A stretch of 63,928 bases of DNA, filler included, from Blastocystis sp. subtype 4 (lineage: Eukaryota), in the NCBI RefSeq assembly GCF_000743755.1. It is 3 parts of 3 records of this genome, joined end to end, with 100 filler letters (N's around TTAATTAATTAA, not from the genome) between each part and the next. Parts side by side here need not be neighbours in the genome. Positions count along the whole stretch, not along the records: positions 47,427 to 63,928 come from NW_014569309.1; 2 more parts are not named here. One strand, written 5' to 3'. The notes below the pieces were generated by a model. The model made no database searches. It saw nothing but the letters and a program-made list of their open reading frames with translations, and had not been told where the DNA came from. The position numbers were made by a program, and so were the translations under genes. Positions 51,381-63,928 of the stretch are shown here, piece after piece (within the stretch, counting starts at the first letter, position 1; each line of letters begins with the position of its first letter).

Positions 51381-52904
51381 ATGTTCTTACAAAGGTAAGA
51401 CAAGTTTTGGTGATAATCACGTGTAGTTGTTTTCATTTACGGTTGTGTTCCGGTTTCCCCGACTAGATGACGTAGTAACTAGAATATGTATAGAAAATGG
51501 TGTGAGAGAGGATTATGTGACATCTTCGTTTTCTCTTGAGTTCTAGGCACGACTTTCGTTGGCAATTCTGATGAGTTTTCCATTAGCATGGATACAGACG
51601 TTCATTCGGAGTGAGCGAGTTCGAAAGATGTTTTCGATTGTTGTCGGAGTTGCACTTCTTCAATTCTGCTTCGCTGTTCGGTATGAATTCGGTATTATTG
51701 TGAACATAGTTGGATTCACTGCTTTCTTTCGGTCACAACATGCTATCTCATTATGAAGTTTTGGAACCAAAAGAAACAGCCAGTGATGGTTTTCTTCTAT
51801 TCTTTGCTGTATTTGTCTGCCATGTCCATTTACTCCATGATAACCGACTACATGAGCTATAGTCTAGATCCTACGACATTTGAAATGATCATTATAGCTA
51901 AGGTACAAATGCTAGCTTGGTCTGTCTATGATGGCACTGTCGATCGCGTATAGGTTATTGCAGATAATTACTACTAGAAGAATGTTGATGAAGGGGCTCT
52001 AAAGGATGATCGCATGTCTCATGTGTATAAACGACGCCAGAAGGAATACGTGGATTCAATTCCGTCTCTTTTCGATTATTATGCTTATATGTTCCATTTT
52101 ACTGGTTTGTTAGGAGGTCCTACCATCTACTACAATGAGTACATGCATGTGATGAAATCAACTCCTAATGTTTCCCGATGGAAAGAGGTCATCAAGACAG
52201 CTATTATCGGTATATGTGGATTGATTATTTTCCAGGCAACAGACTACATCTGTTCACTGGAAGACTTATTGGACCCATCACTACATCGGTATCCACTCTC
52301 TCTCCGTCTTGCTGTGTTTGTCTTCGTAATGATGGGAATGCGAGGCCGGTATTACGGTCTGTGGAAACTGGGGGAGAGCATGTGTATTCTGAATGGATTT
52401 GGCGAAGAGAATGGGAGTTGGAAGGGTATTAGCAATGTCGATATCCTCAAATTTGAGTTCTCCAACAACTATTCAACAACAGCTCGTGTATGGAACAGAC
52501 GCATCCAGCGATGGCTTCAGATGTGTATTTACGAACGATCCAACTTCAACCAGTTCTATGTATTCATGGTCTCTGCCTTCTGGCATGGCTTCTATCCAGG
52601 ATATTACATTGGATTCACTCTTGCTTCATTCATGACTCATGTCAATCGACTTGCCACGAAGAAATTGTGGCCTCAAGTGCAAGGAACTGTATTGGAAATG
52701 CCGTATCTGTTGGCAGGGACGATCTGTTGTCTCTTGACCAATACGTTCATGTTAGGTGCTCATATGTGTTATACTGTGAAACGAACAAAACAATTGTGGG
52801 GTAATTTCGATTATTCACATCCATTGTTTTTGGTTATTGCGTGTGTGGTGCTGACTTTGATGCCAATGCCTAAGAAATCAGCACTTCATGAGAAGAGTGA
52901 ATAG
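51381..52904 (+). CDS. MBOAT family lysophospholipid acyltransferase (Ale1/LPCAT3-like)
   Basis: PSLFDYYAY...GGP, RYYGLW, WNRRIQRWL, VSAFWHGFYPGYY (catalytic His). TGTTTGTT at 52913. Confidence 0.9.
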
Positions 52905-52966
52905 TTGCTTTCTGTTTGTTGAGATCTCATTTTCTTTTACACGTGCTCTGCGCTTCTACGATTATT

Positions 52967-55900
52967 ATGAATGAGGATAGTTCATCATCTTGACATTAAT
53001 CTGATGAATAGGTGGAGGACATGAAAACCGTTCCCGCCAGAATGGTACCCTTCCTCCAGGTCATCCCGAAAGTCAAGTCGTGTTCCAGGGATCTATTTTG
53101 ACTCGTAGATTCCTTATCGGGACCCAACTCGGAAACTCCATCATGGTGAGGTCTGGCTTGCCAAAGAACTTCTGTGTCGAGAAACCTTCTTTTCTCTACC
53201 TCTGGACTCGTGGCGACCCCCATTCAAGTCCTCTCGGGCCTCAGAACCGCTTCTTCCGAAGAAAAGTGTGTCGGATTTTCCTGCAAATCATGTCCCACTT
53301 ACATACTTTGGACTGCCTCCTTCAATGGTACAGTTCTATGCCCAAAAGGGCATTACCCATCTCTATGAATGGCAAGGTCGATGTCTATTAAAGGATGGTG
53401 TATTGGAAGGTCGGAACGTTACATATTCAGCTCCTACATCGGGAGGGAAGACGCTGGTTGCGGAAATCCTTATGGCTCGTCGTTTGTTTCACAACCCTAC
53501 AAGGAACCGTGCTATTTTAATATTTCCATATGTCAGTTTAGTTGTGGAGAAGTATAACCAACTTCATGCCATGTTTAAAGGAATCCATGTTAACGGCGAG
53601 AAGATAAAAATTGGCTGTTACTATGGAACCAAAGTCGCGATACTACTATGAAATAATCCGTAGGGAGGGAATCATCGTCGTGAACATGTGGTTGTTTGCA
53701 CAATCGAAAAGGCAAACAGCATATTAAATCACATCATCAAATCCAAAGCGATTCACAAATACAAAACCGTTATTATTGATGAAGTACATATGATTGGAGA
53801 TTCCAAACGTGGTTATCTCCTAGAATTGGTGCTTAATAAGCTATTGATGCTTCAGACTACCCAGCAATTAGATCTCCAAATCATTGTTCTTTCTGCAACT
53901 CTCCCGAATATCAACGATATCGTAAAATACACAGATTCGCAATGGTACATTGCAACACAGAGACCTAACAGATTATTGGAATACATCATTGTCTACTTTG
54001 ATCATGCTTATTATTTGTAGATCAATGGTAATGTATACGATCATCTCGGGACGCTGCTTCAATCCTTTCAATCTCTCGTGACTATCAAAGCTCCTTCTCC
54101 TTATGATCGTCTCACACGCAAGAATCAACTTCTACTGCTCACATACTCTCTTGCAAATCATCACAAGCAGATCATTCTCTTTGTCCCTACAAAGGCTGGA
54201 TGTGTCTCGATCGTGAAGGAATTGCTAACCTGTTGTGATTCCTTGAATACGGATCACACTGGAATTCTGGGAATTTCTGATGAACACGAACAATCAAAAC
54301 GAGACCGAGTGTGTGATGTGATCATTGTTCCATGAAATAATCTCTAGACGTTACGACATGCTCATACCTCTGATCCACTCTTACTCAATGCTGTTCAGTA
54401 TGGAATCTGTTACCATCATGCAGGTCTCACTGTGGATGAGCGACAATGTCTCGAAGATGCCGTTCGCAAGAAAATCTTACGGGTGATCGTAGCCACAACT
54501 ACACTCGCTGTTGGCGTTGACTTCCCTGTTGATGTTGTGATCATGGATGGAGCTCGGAGCGGTAGCTCTTTTTCGACTCCTAATTATCCTTAGGAATTAC
54601 ACCTCTCACAACCGGCGAATTTCGCCAGATGGCAGGTCGAGCAGGGAGAAAGACCGAAGGTGTTGTCTATGTGTTTGAAAGTCGGGATAAGTTGCATGAG
54701 GTGGTTCAGTTGATGAATGAACAATTGGCTCCTGTGCATTCCGCCTTAGGTCTGTCGGAATGTAGTCTGGCACGACCGCTGCTCGAAGTCATCAGTCTGA
54801 ATCTGGTACACAATGACACATCATTACGAGAGTATCTGACTTGTTCACTTATTGCCAGACAGTGTTCTGAAGAAGTATTACGAGCCAATGTATGTCAGTG
54901 TCTTGGATATCTGCAGAGTCGTGAAGTGATTCACTGTTATGATTATCAAGGATGTCTAGTCATCCGAGCTTCTCGCTTAGGGCGAGCCATCAGTAGTAGT
55001 AGCTTGCCTCTAGAGGAGAGTGTGTTATTGTTTCGTGATTTATATGCTCATCAGAATTGTGTGTGTTTAGATTCAACTCTATTTCTTGTCTACTTCATCA
55101 CACCCACATTCTCTATTCCTGCCTTCAGCTGGAATAGATTTGAAAAGGTAGCCACTTCACTAGATCTCTTAATGATAGTTGTTTCAATCTCTTTCAGCTT
55201 CTGACCGAGATATCGCTCATCGTCTTCATATCGAGGAGGAGTTTGTAGTGTATTGTACTCAACGAAGACCTCCAGTATTTACGCCACACCCCTTCTACGA
55301 CCCTTCACCAGCCGAATTACGTTGTCTTGCTCATCGTCGCTTTTATGGTGCGTTGCTCCTTCGAGATTTGGGTCTTGCTGGAGATTCCACCCGATTTCAG
55401 ACTGTGATAACACGGTTTGGAGCAGATCGAGGAGAATTGCAGAGGTTCTGGGAGAATGCAGAGCTGTATTTAAAGCTAGTGAAGGGTATGTGTAACCAGC
55501 TTAACTGGGTGGCGCTGACTCGTCTTCTCACCTCTCTTCAGTCATGGTTCAAGTCGCATCTTCCTCGTAGCTTCTCATGTTTCCTCCAGCCTGAGGACTC
55601 GATTCCCTTCCCTGCTCTACAGTTACTCGCGCGTAAAGAACTGACTGTTCGAGACATTGCAGAGATGCAGGAGACCCAGCTCACTCAGTTACTGGTGTCG
55701 AGACTTGCACTGCCTTTTGGCGTGACACGACGCAGCTTATTTCTGAGCTCTCCTCGTGAGAGTGGAGAATCAGTAGAGCAATTGCGTCGGAATGACTATG
55801 AGTTCTTCTGTAGTGACATGGCCCGTGTGGCAGCTGTACTAAAGCAACGAGCTTATGAACGACGATTGGAACTGTTAGTGAGTCGGGAGATATCGCTAGA

Positions 55901-56264
55901 GAAGAGCGAGTTGTCGGTGCTTGTGTCGCCTCTGGTTTCTGATGGAGAAGCGATGTTGAATGCTTTGGAGAATGGGGAACAGAGTGAAGGAGAACGATCA
56001 GATGGAGTCTTGTCTGCAAGTGATGAAGTGAACAGTGAAGTGATGTCGGAAGATGTAGATGATGAGTCAAAAGAAAAGGAATCGAGTGATGAAAGTCGGA
56101 TTTATGTCGCTGAAGAAGAGGATAATAGGGAAGACGATGTTCCCTGTGTAAAGCGAAGAAAGTGTGAAATAGGAGAGAACTTAATGACCTTTGATTCCTT
56201 TCAACACTATGTGAATAACGATATTCAGGTGGGGATGCAGAAGGATTATAGGGCTATTTTATAA
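52967..56264 (+). CDS. HELQ/POLQ-type (Hel308-like) SF2 DNA helicase, no polymerase domain
   Basis: LYEWQ, YSAPTSGGKTLVAEIL, IIDEVHMIGD..RGYLLE, LSATLPN, YHHAGL, ATTTLAVGV, QMAGRAGR. Start approximate. Confidence 0.88.
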
Positions 56265-56547
56265 GAATTGTTTGTTGAGGCTAAAAATAATATGAACATG
56301 ACTTTATCATAATTTTCATCAAGTTGGAGACTCTGTACAATCTAGAAATCCGTTACAGACGTAATAACAAGGAAAGATGACTGAAGAAAACAATTGGATG
56401 CATGATTCTCAAAATATGGTGCATCCAATAATATTCTCATTTCAGTTTCAATGACGTGATCAAAGAGGAAGACACGTCGCTTCGCGGTTATGGTATCTGT
56501 CAATATTCTTTTCCATTTTCTTTCGCCGTCTTTTATTTCGCTGTAAA

Positions 56548-59500
56548 ATGGGTATTTCAGATGACTCCCTTGTCAATCCAAACTACTCGACGATGGAGGA
56601 GTTTGTCAAGGCGAAACAGTATATATATGAATGTTGAGTTGAATCGTAGGGGAAAGAAAGCCATCAACAAACTGTTAATCGCCAATAATGGAATTGCTGC
56701 TGTTAAAGCCATTCGATCTATTCGAAAATGGGCTTATGAAACTTTTGAAAATGATCGTATTATTAGTTTTGTTGTTATGGCTACTCCGGAAGATCTAGCA
56801 GCAAATGCCGAGTCCTACATCCAAATTACTAGTCACATGTAGATATATACGAATGGCTGACCAATATTTCGAAGTTCCTGGAGGTGCCAACAACAACAAC
56901 TATGCCAATGTCACACGAATCCTCGAAATTGCCGAAGCTGCAAGTGTCGATGCAGTCTGGGCAGGATGGGGACATGCTTCCGAGAATCCATCTCTCCCCG
57001 AACGCCTTTCGCGCAAAGGGATTCTGTTTTTAGGTCCTTCAGCTGGTCCGATGAAGAGTCTAGGAGATAAGATCGATTCCACCCTTATAGCTCAATCTGC
57101 TCATGTGCCTACACTACCTTGGAATGGAAGTGATGTTACTGTAGATGTCGAATCTCTCCGCGATGAACAAGGATGTGTCATTATTCCGGATTCCATCTAT
57201 GATTCTGTCAACATTCACTCGGTTGATGAAGCGCGTCTTGCCTGTCAGAAACTAGGTTTTCCACTCATGATCAAAGCATCCGAAGGAGGAGGTGGGAAGG
57301 GCATCCGAACCCTCACAAGCGAGGACCAACTCGATGCTGCCTTTCGAGCTGTTCAATCCGAAGTACCCGGATCTCCCATCTTTGTTATGCGTCTTGCAGA
57401 GCATTGCCGACATCTCGAAGTTCAGCTTCTTGCTGATGAGTATGGAAATGTGATTGCCTTGAGTGGGCGAGACTGTAGTGTTCAACGTCGACACCAGAAG
57501 ATCATCGAAGAAGGACCTCCCACTAGTCCTTCTCCTGATGTATGGTGTGATATGCAGTTGGCTGCAGTGAGACTAGCCAAGCTGGTTGGATACACGAATG
57601 CAGGAACGGTTGAGTACTTGTACATGGAGAACAATACCTATTCATTCCTTGAGCTGAACCCACGTCTTCAAGTCGAACACCCTGTCACCGAAATGATTAC
57701 CAATGTCAATCTCCCTGCTGCCCAGCTTCAAGTCGCCATGGGAATTCCTCTCTATTGTATCAGTGATATTCGTCGACTGTATAATGAATCCGAAGAAGGG
57801 ATTACTCCCATCGATTTTGATTCTCAGCCACCTGTTGTTGCTAAAGGTCATGTAATCGCCTGTCGTATCACTGCAGAGAATCCAGATGCTGGTTTTCAGC
57901 CGACATCAGGAGCCATTCGTGAACTCAACTTCCGAAGCACAGCCAATGTGTGGGGATATTTCTCTGTGGATGGTTCTGGTCGTGTCCACGAATTTGCCGA
58001 TTCGCAGTTCGGCCATTTATTTAGCTGGGGCACAACACGAGATATCGCTCGAAAGAACATGGTGCAAGCTCTCCGTGAATTCAGTATTCGTGGCGAGATC
58101 CGGACTACAATTGAGTATTTATTACAACTCATCCAGAACGACCGATACATTCGAAATGAGATCAATACAAACTGGCTTGATGGACTCATTCGCAGCAATC
58201 TACAAACTGCTAAACCAGATGCTTGTTTCGTGGTTCTGGTTGCTGCAGCTTGTCGGGCCATAACCAGTTTCAAAGCCAACAAGAAGAGTTACATCGATGC
58301 CTTGTGTCGAGGCCAAGTTCCTGCAGCCGAGCTATTGAGCACTTGCCATCATGAAGATTTGATCTATGAGAATACAAAGTTCAGTCTCGATGCCTATCTG
58401 AGCGGTGATGCTCTGATTACCCTAAGTGCTAATGGATCAACAGCTCAACTCCAAGTACGCGAGCTGGCTGACGGTGGCTTCCTTCTCAATACCGATGGAC
58501 AGTCGCATGTTGCCTATCTTCAAGATACAGCCACTGGTCTACGTCTCTCCGTAGATGGAGTAACCTGTGTGTTCTCACAGGAATATGATCCAACAATACT
58601 GCGGTCTCCTAATAGTGGTAAACTCGCTCGGTACCTTGTGAAGGTTGGTAGTCATATCGAACAAGGAGAAGCTTTTGCTGAAATGGAAGTAATGAAGATG
58701 TATCTACCCTTAGTAGCACCGGAAGCAGGCATCCTCATACAAATTGATCGTGCTGCTGGATCTGTCGTACAAGCAGGAGATGTATTGGGTCATGTCCAAC
58801 TTGATGACTCCTCCAGAGTCCGACGAGCTGAAATGTTCCAGACTGCACTTCCTGCACTAAGTGTGACAATAAATGTCAGTGTGAAGCGTCCTCATCATGT
58901 GGTACGTGGTTGTATGTTGCGTCTGCAGGCATTCATTGCTGGCTATTGGGTCCCACCAGATCAGGTGGATTTCTGTCTTGATGCTCTGTTGGAGGCTGTA
59001 AAGGATCCTTCGTTGCCTTTCTACGAATATCTGGATGTGTTGTCTACAGTAGAAGCCTCCTTACCAGAGTCACTGAAGCAAGATCTGGAGCGAGTTCTCT
59101 TCACACAACATGGAAGTGATCAATTCCCCGATCAGTTTCCTGCAAGAGCGATTCGTCAGATCCTCAATCAACATGTAATGTTGGCTAAGAATCGAACAGA
59201 TCTCCAACAACGAACAGCTCCTCTGTACGAGGTAGTTCAAAAATACAGTGGCAGTCTGAGTAGTTTTGCGATCAGCTGTCTTTTCCAGCTTCTTGACAGC
59301 TTCAAAGCCAATGAAATGACATGTGAAAATGGTCAGTGTGATTTGATGAGAAAGAGCACGGATCGAAGTCAGTGTGAACAAGTATGGAAATGTGCTTTCA
59401 GTCGAAATCAAAGCAAGGGTCAGAGCACTCTCTTGATACGAGTGTTAGGATTGCTATCGTCCATGATCCCATCTCATCACGAGGAGGCTGGTCGTTTTAC

Positions 59501-62500
59501 TCAAGTTCTCCAGGAACTAGCATTGCTTAGTTCAGTTTCTGCTGCTTCTGTGGCTTTGGAGTGTCGTCAGTTGCTCCTACAACGTCGACTCCCATCTCAA
59601 GAGGAAGAACTGGCAGAAGTACAGAAGGCTCTTCGTGATGCAGCTACCACCAACTCACTAGAAGCCCATGAAACGATTCTGAAGCAACTAGTCGATCAGG
59701 CCAACGATGTGCGCGCATCACTTCTAGCAGTGCTTCGTGAATCACATGATCCATCACTCTGTGGAATTGCCCTCGAATGCTATCTGCGGAAGATTTATAA
59801 ACCATACGTTCTCTTTAACGTTCGACGCTGGGATCGAGAAGCCATTGCCTTCTTCTTCCAATTCTCTTCTGAATCCTCTGAGTTGCCCACTGGAATACGA
59901 CCATCCGCATCGTTCTCGTCCTTGGATTCATCTCCTCTCATGTCTCCTCGGTCCCCTCCGCCAGAAGGACCTTCTCTTACAGTGGCTGAAGGAGCCATTC
60001 TCTTTTCTCCCTCTCTCGAGTATCTGCGCGCTCATTTTAGAGATCTGTTGACTAGCTTTGCTGCCTCTACAGATGAACGGCCGATGAATGCTGTCCATAT
60101 CGTGATTAGTGATGGCTCTGTGGATAAAGATGGAGCGATCAAAATATACGAACAATTGCTAGGTGCAGAACGAGAGTATCTAAGAATAGCTTCCATCAGT
60201 CGTGTTACCATTACGCAGTCCACTGTAGACTGTCGACCTCAGAAACGGTGGGAGTTGCCCACATCCTTCACATTCCGTTCTCGTTTGAACTTCCAAGAGG
60301 ATCCATTGGTACGCCATATCGAGCCACCACTGGCTTATCATCTGGAACTGAATCGACTCAGAAACTTCTCCATTCGTCTGGTCCCTCTTCCTGATCGCAG
60401 TATTCATTTGTATGAGGCAACTCCAAAGGAAGCAGCAGTCGTTCGAGGAGCGGCATTACCACGTCGTAAACGCTTCTTTGTACGCGCTGTCTGTACTACA
60501 TTTGATCCTCTCACTACAGCTTCCATCACAAATACTTATCCATCAGCAGAGAAAACACTTGTCGAAGCATTAAATGCTTTGGAAATGGGACTAGGAGAAG
60601 CTAGATTACGTGGAGAAGAAGAGAAGTTTGGTGGAAACCATATCTTCTTGAATATCCTCCCTCCAGCAGAAGTAGATCCAAATCTAATTGAGCAAATCAT
60701 GCGTTCTCTCTATATTCGATATGTGCAGCGACTTAAACAACTGCATGTGTCTCTCGTTGAGATGCGACTGTTACCGATTCTTACTCACGGTTCCCAGCCA
60801 ATTCCTGTTCGTATGGTAGGTCAGGATCCCACTGGACTCGCTCTACGCATCGATACCTATGTAGAGACAAAGGACAATCTGACAGGAACTGTGATCTTCA
60901 CTTCCATCAACGAGTCTGTGAGTGATGCAGCTGGAGAATGGGATGGGCATAGCGTGAACATGGCTTACCCAGTACTGGAACCACTAGAACGCGAAAGAGC
61001 ATATGCACAAAAGACTAGTGGTACATTGTATTGTTATGACTTCTTGGAGCTGATTCAACGCGTGCTGCAGAAACGTTGGAAACGCTTCCTACGCAGTAGC
61101 GAAGCATCCTCAGTTGTAATGCCGAATACATTGATGAAAGCGCGTGAGTTGGTGTTAGATGGATCTCCTGGTACATATTCCCTCAAGGAAGTGGTTCGAG
61201 GTCCAGGAAAGAATCGAATTGGAATGGTTGCATGGATTATCACATTGTATACTCCTACCTATCCAAAGGAAGGTCGTGATATTGTGGTTATTGCCAATGA
61301 TATCACACATAAGGCTGGTTCGTTTGGTACTAGAGAAGACGCTTTCTTCGATCTTGTGTCCCGTCGTGCGAGACAGTTGGGCATTCCTCGAATCTTCTTT
61401 GCAGCAAATAGTGGTGCTCGGATTGGTTTAGCTGAAGAGGTGAAATCACTATTCCGGGTCAAATGGGTCCGTGATGACTGTCCTGATAGTGGTGTTGAGT
61501 ATTTGTATCTGCTTGATTCGGACTACAAGAAGATCCAGAAGAGTGTAGTAGCAACACCTGTCCAGCTACATGGAGAGACTGTCTATCGAATTGACACCAT
61601 TGTTGGTGAAGCGAGTGACTTGGGAGTTGAGAATCTGGCTGGAAGTGGATTGATTGCCGGTGAGACAAGTCGTGCCTACAAGGATATTGTAACCTTGACG
61701 GTTGTAACTGGCAGATCTGTGGGTATTGGAGCCTATCTCGTTCGGTTAGGTCAACGAACCATTCAGAAGACAGAGCAAGCTCCAATTATCCTAACCGGAT
61801 ATGAAGCACTGAACCAGCTGATGGGTCGTCCTGTATATTCGAGCAATGAACAGTTAGGAGGAACAGCAATTATGTGTCCTAATGGTGTAACTCATATCCG
61901 TGTCCAGAACGATATTGAAGCTGTGGAAGCCATGATGCAATGGCTTTCGTACGTACCTCGTACGAACCGTGAGGAACTGTTGCCACAGCCTCTGTCAGCA
62001 GCTATTGATTCTCTTGATCGACCTGTTACCTTCATGCCCACACGAGTAGCTTATGATGTACGCCATCTGATAGGTGGATACGAAAATGCTCAAGGAGAGT
62101 GGAAGAGTGGCCTCTTTGATAAGGATAGTTTTATGGAAGTTCTGGGTGAGTGGGCAAAGACAGTAGTTGTAGGTCGTGCTCGTCTTGGAGGATTTCCTGT
62201 TGGTGTCGTAGCAACAGAGAACCGAACAGTGGAAGCAGTAACCCCTGCAGATCCTGCAGTCCCCCAATCAGAGGAGACTGTGTCTCAACAAGCGGGTGGT
62301 GTGTGGTATCCTGATAGTGCATTCAAAACGGCTCAAGCAATTGAGGATATTAATCAAGAAGGATTACCTCTCTTCATCATAGCGAACTGGAGAGGATTCA
62401 GTGGAGGTGCTCATGATATGTTTGATGAAGTGTTGAAGTTCGGTTCATATATTGTCGATAAGTTGGTGGCTTTCAAGCAACCAGTATTCGTTTATATTCC

Positions 62501-63335
62501 TCCTCATTCAGAATTACGAGGAGGTGCTTTCGTGGTTGTGGATTCTCACATCAATCCAAGAGTGATGGAAATGTATGCAGATCCTCTGGCAAGAGGAGGT
62601 GTGTTGGAACCTGCAGGAGTGGTCACAATCAAGTTCCGAGCTGGAGATAAGCAAGCTGCCATGCGTCGAAATGATCGAGAGTTGCAAAGGATCATGAGTA
62701 CTGATAGTGATGACAAGCAATGTGATGAACAGTCTCAGGGTGAAGAACCTCTGCAAGCAAGACAGCAACGAAGAGAAAAAGAACTCAGTACAGCCTATCA
62801 GCAGGTCGCTGAGGTGTTTGCAGATCTCCATGATCGAGCAGATCGTATGAAAGCAGTAGGTGTGATCCGTTCTGTGGTACCTCTCGAACGAGCTCGAGTC
62901 TTCTTCTATTGGCGACTGCGTCGTCGTTTATTGGAAATGCAGATGGTAAAGGAAATAATGAAAGCAGCAAATTGTTCTGAGGAAGAAGCCTCAAATACCT
63001 TAGAACAGTGGTTCCTTCAAAGTAATCATCATCGATTCCATCAAGAGTGTCGTTGGGAAAATGATGAAGCTGTGTTCCATTGGATGGAACGAGAACGAAT
63101 GGATTCACTCCAGATTCGGATTGCAAGTCTTCGCAAACAAGCAGTGAAGAATGATATTTTACGATTGGGCAATGAGAACCCATACAGTGTAGCTGAAGGC
63201 ATTCTAGACCTACTCTCTTCTCTATCAGGTGAAGTCAAGGAACGAGTTGTATCAACGCTAAAACGCGGAATACTTCTTCGGAACCAAGGACAAACAGAGT
63301 TCTATGAAGATGATGAACAGTTTATAGAATTTTAA
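56548..63335 (+). CDS. ACC: Acetyl-CoA carboxylase, eukaryotic multidomain type
   Basis: [34 protein letters not shown], biotin site EVMKM, CT motifs [12 protein letters not shown] and ANWRGFSGG. Two short 5' introns. TGTTTGTA at 63344. Confidence 0.97.
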
Positions 63336-63928
63336 TGTACAATTGTTTGTAAGAAATGCAACTAAACGGAGTAGGATGACATTGTATATCCATTTCCCAA
63401 GCACCTTTCTTGATCCATTTCCAGTCTTTTCATTGAGATCGATCTCTTCAATATCACAAAACTCTAGATACTTTGGAAAACCCATGTTCAATCCATTCCC
63501 AACTCAACTCGTTTCCATTATGAGATTCAAGTTGCCTTCAAACATTCATAAAAATAGTACTAAAACGATTCATCAACACCCATGATCGTCCCAGTTCCCT
63601 CTTATCAATAAACGGATTCTACCATACATTCCATACCTTTCTATAAGGAAATTAGGGATTGAGAAGCAGAACAATAACCCCCGGATCACTCAATGATGGG
63701 GCAACAATCCATTTCAATTCTGTCTTTATTCTCCTAGAATTCTTTTGAAAGGACTCTTTTACTGCTATGGTATGTTTTAGTTAGAGCTTTTCTATCTTGT
63801 GCTAACAATTGGAAGATTTCTGACCAGTGTTTAGGGTATTGACTTGATTGCTGGAGGTCGCAAATGCGGACACAAGAGTCGTGAGGCTCCTAAGAGTGAC
63901 AACATTTACATTGCTCTTTTGGTGAAGG

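Noticed and set aside
35838..63335. Biotin ligase, MBOAT and ACC as a lipid/biotin gene cluster
   Set aside because: Biotin ligase is separated from the others by an artificial join and many unrelated genes; no evidence of functional clustering.
63360..63928. Possible minus-strand multi-exon gene at the window end
   Set aside because: Intron-like segments are visible but I could not build a consistent frame or recognise a family.

Overview
Eukaryotic, very gene-dense nuclear DNA with many GT-AG introns of about 30 nt and a TGTTTGTT element at or just after most stop codons. This combination is the signature of Blastocystis (stramenopile gut protist), where this element directs polyadenylation 4 nt upstream of itself and poly(A) can complete UAA stops. 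The subtype cannot be fixed from this window. The window is three contigs joined by two artificial 100-bp N/TTAATTAATTAA spacers (21233-21332, 47327-47426), so linkage across them is unproven. About 30 protein genes are recognisable, including AP-4 mu, PA2G4, LysRS, a USP, SYF2, a PA-RING E3, ZGRF1, AlaRS (partial), Sec5, NBAS, MRPL49, biotin ligase, TTC7, a UFD1-like protein, a MORN+BspA-type LRR protein, RPL13A (partial), a PHD protein, an MBOAT, a HELQ/POLQ helicase and ACC, plus a tRNA-Phe. The most interesting observations are: (1) an intronless ORF resembling a Polinton/virophage-type minor capsid (penton) protein that runs into a gap and is followed by a dense cluster of hairpins and repeats, a candidate endogenous viral element; (2) a predicted mitochondrion-related-organelle-targeted, membrane-anchored Mrr-type restriction-endonuclease-domain protein; (3) two genes whose stop appears to be made only by poly(A), and five whose genomic TGA/TAG would be overwritten as UAA. 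All family calls come from visual motif recognition; no searches were run. Exon boundaries are manual and approximate.
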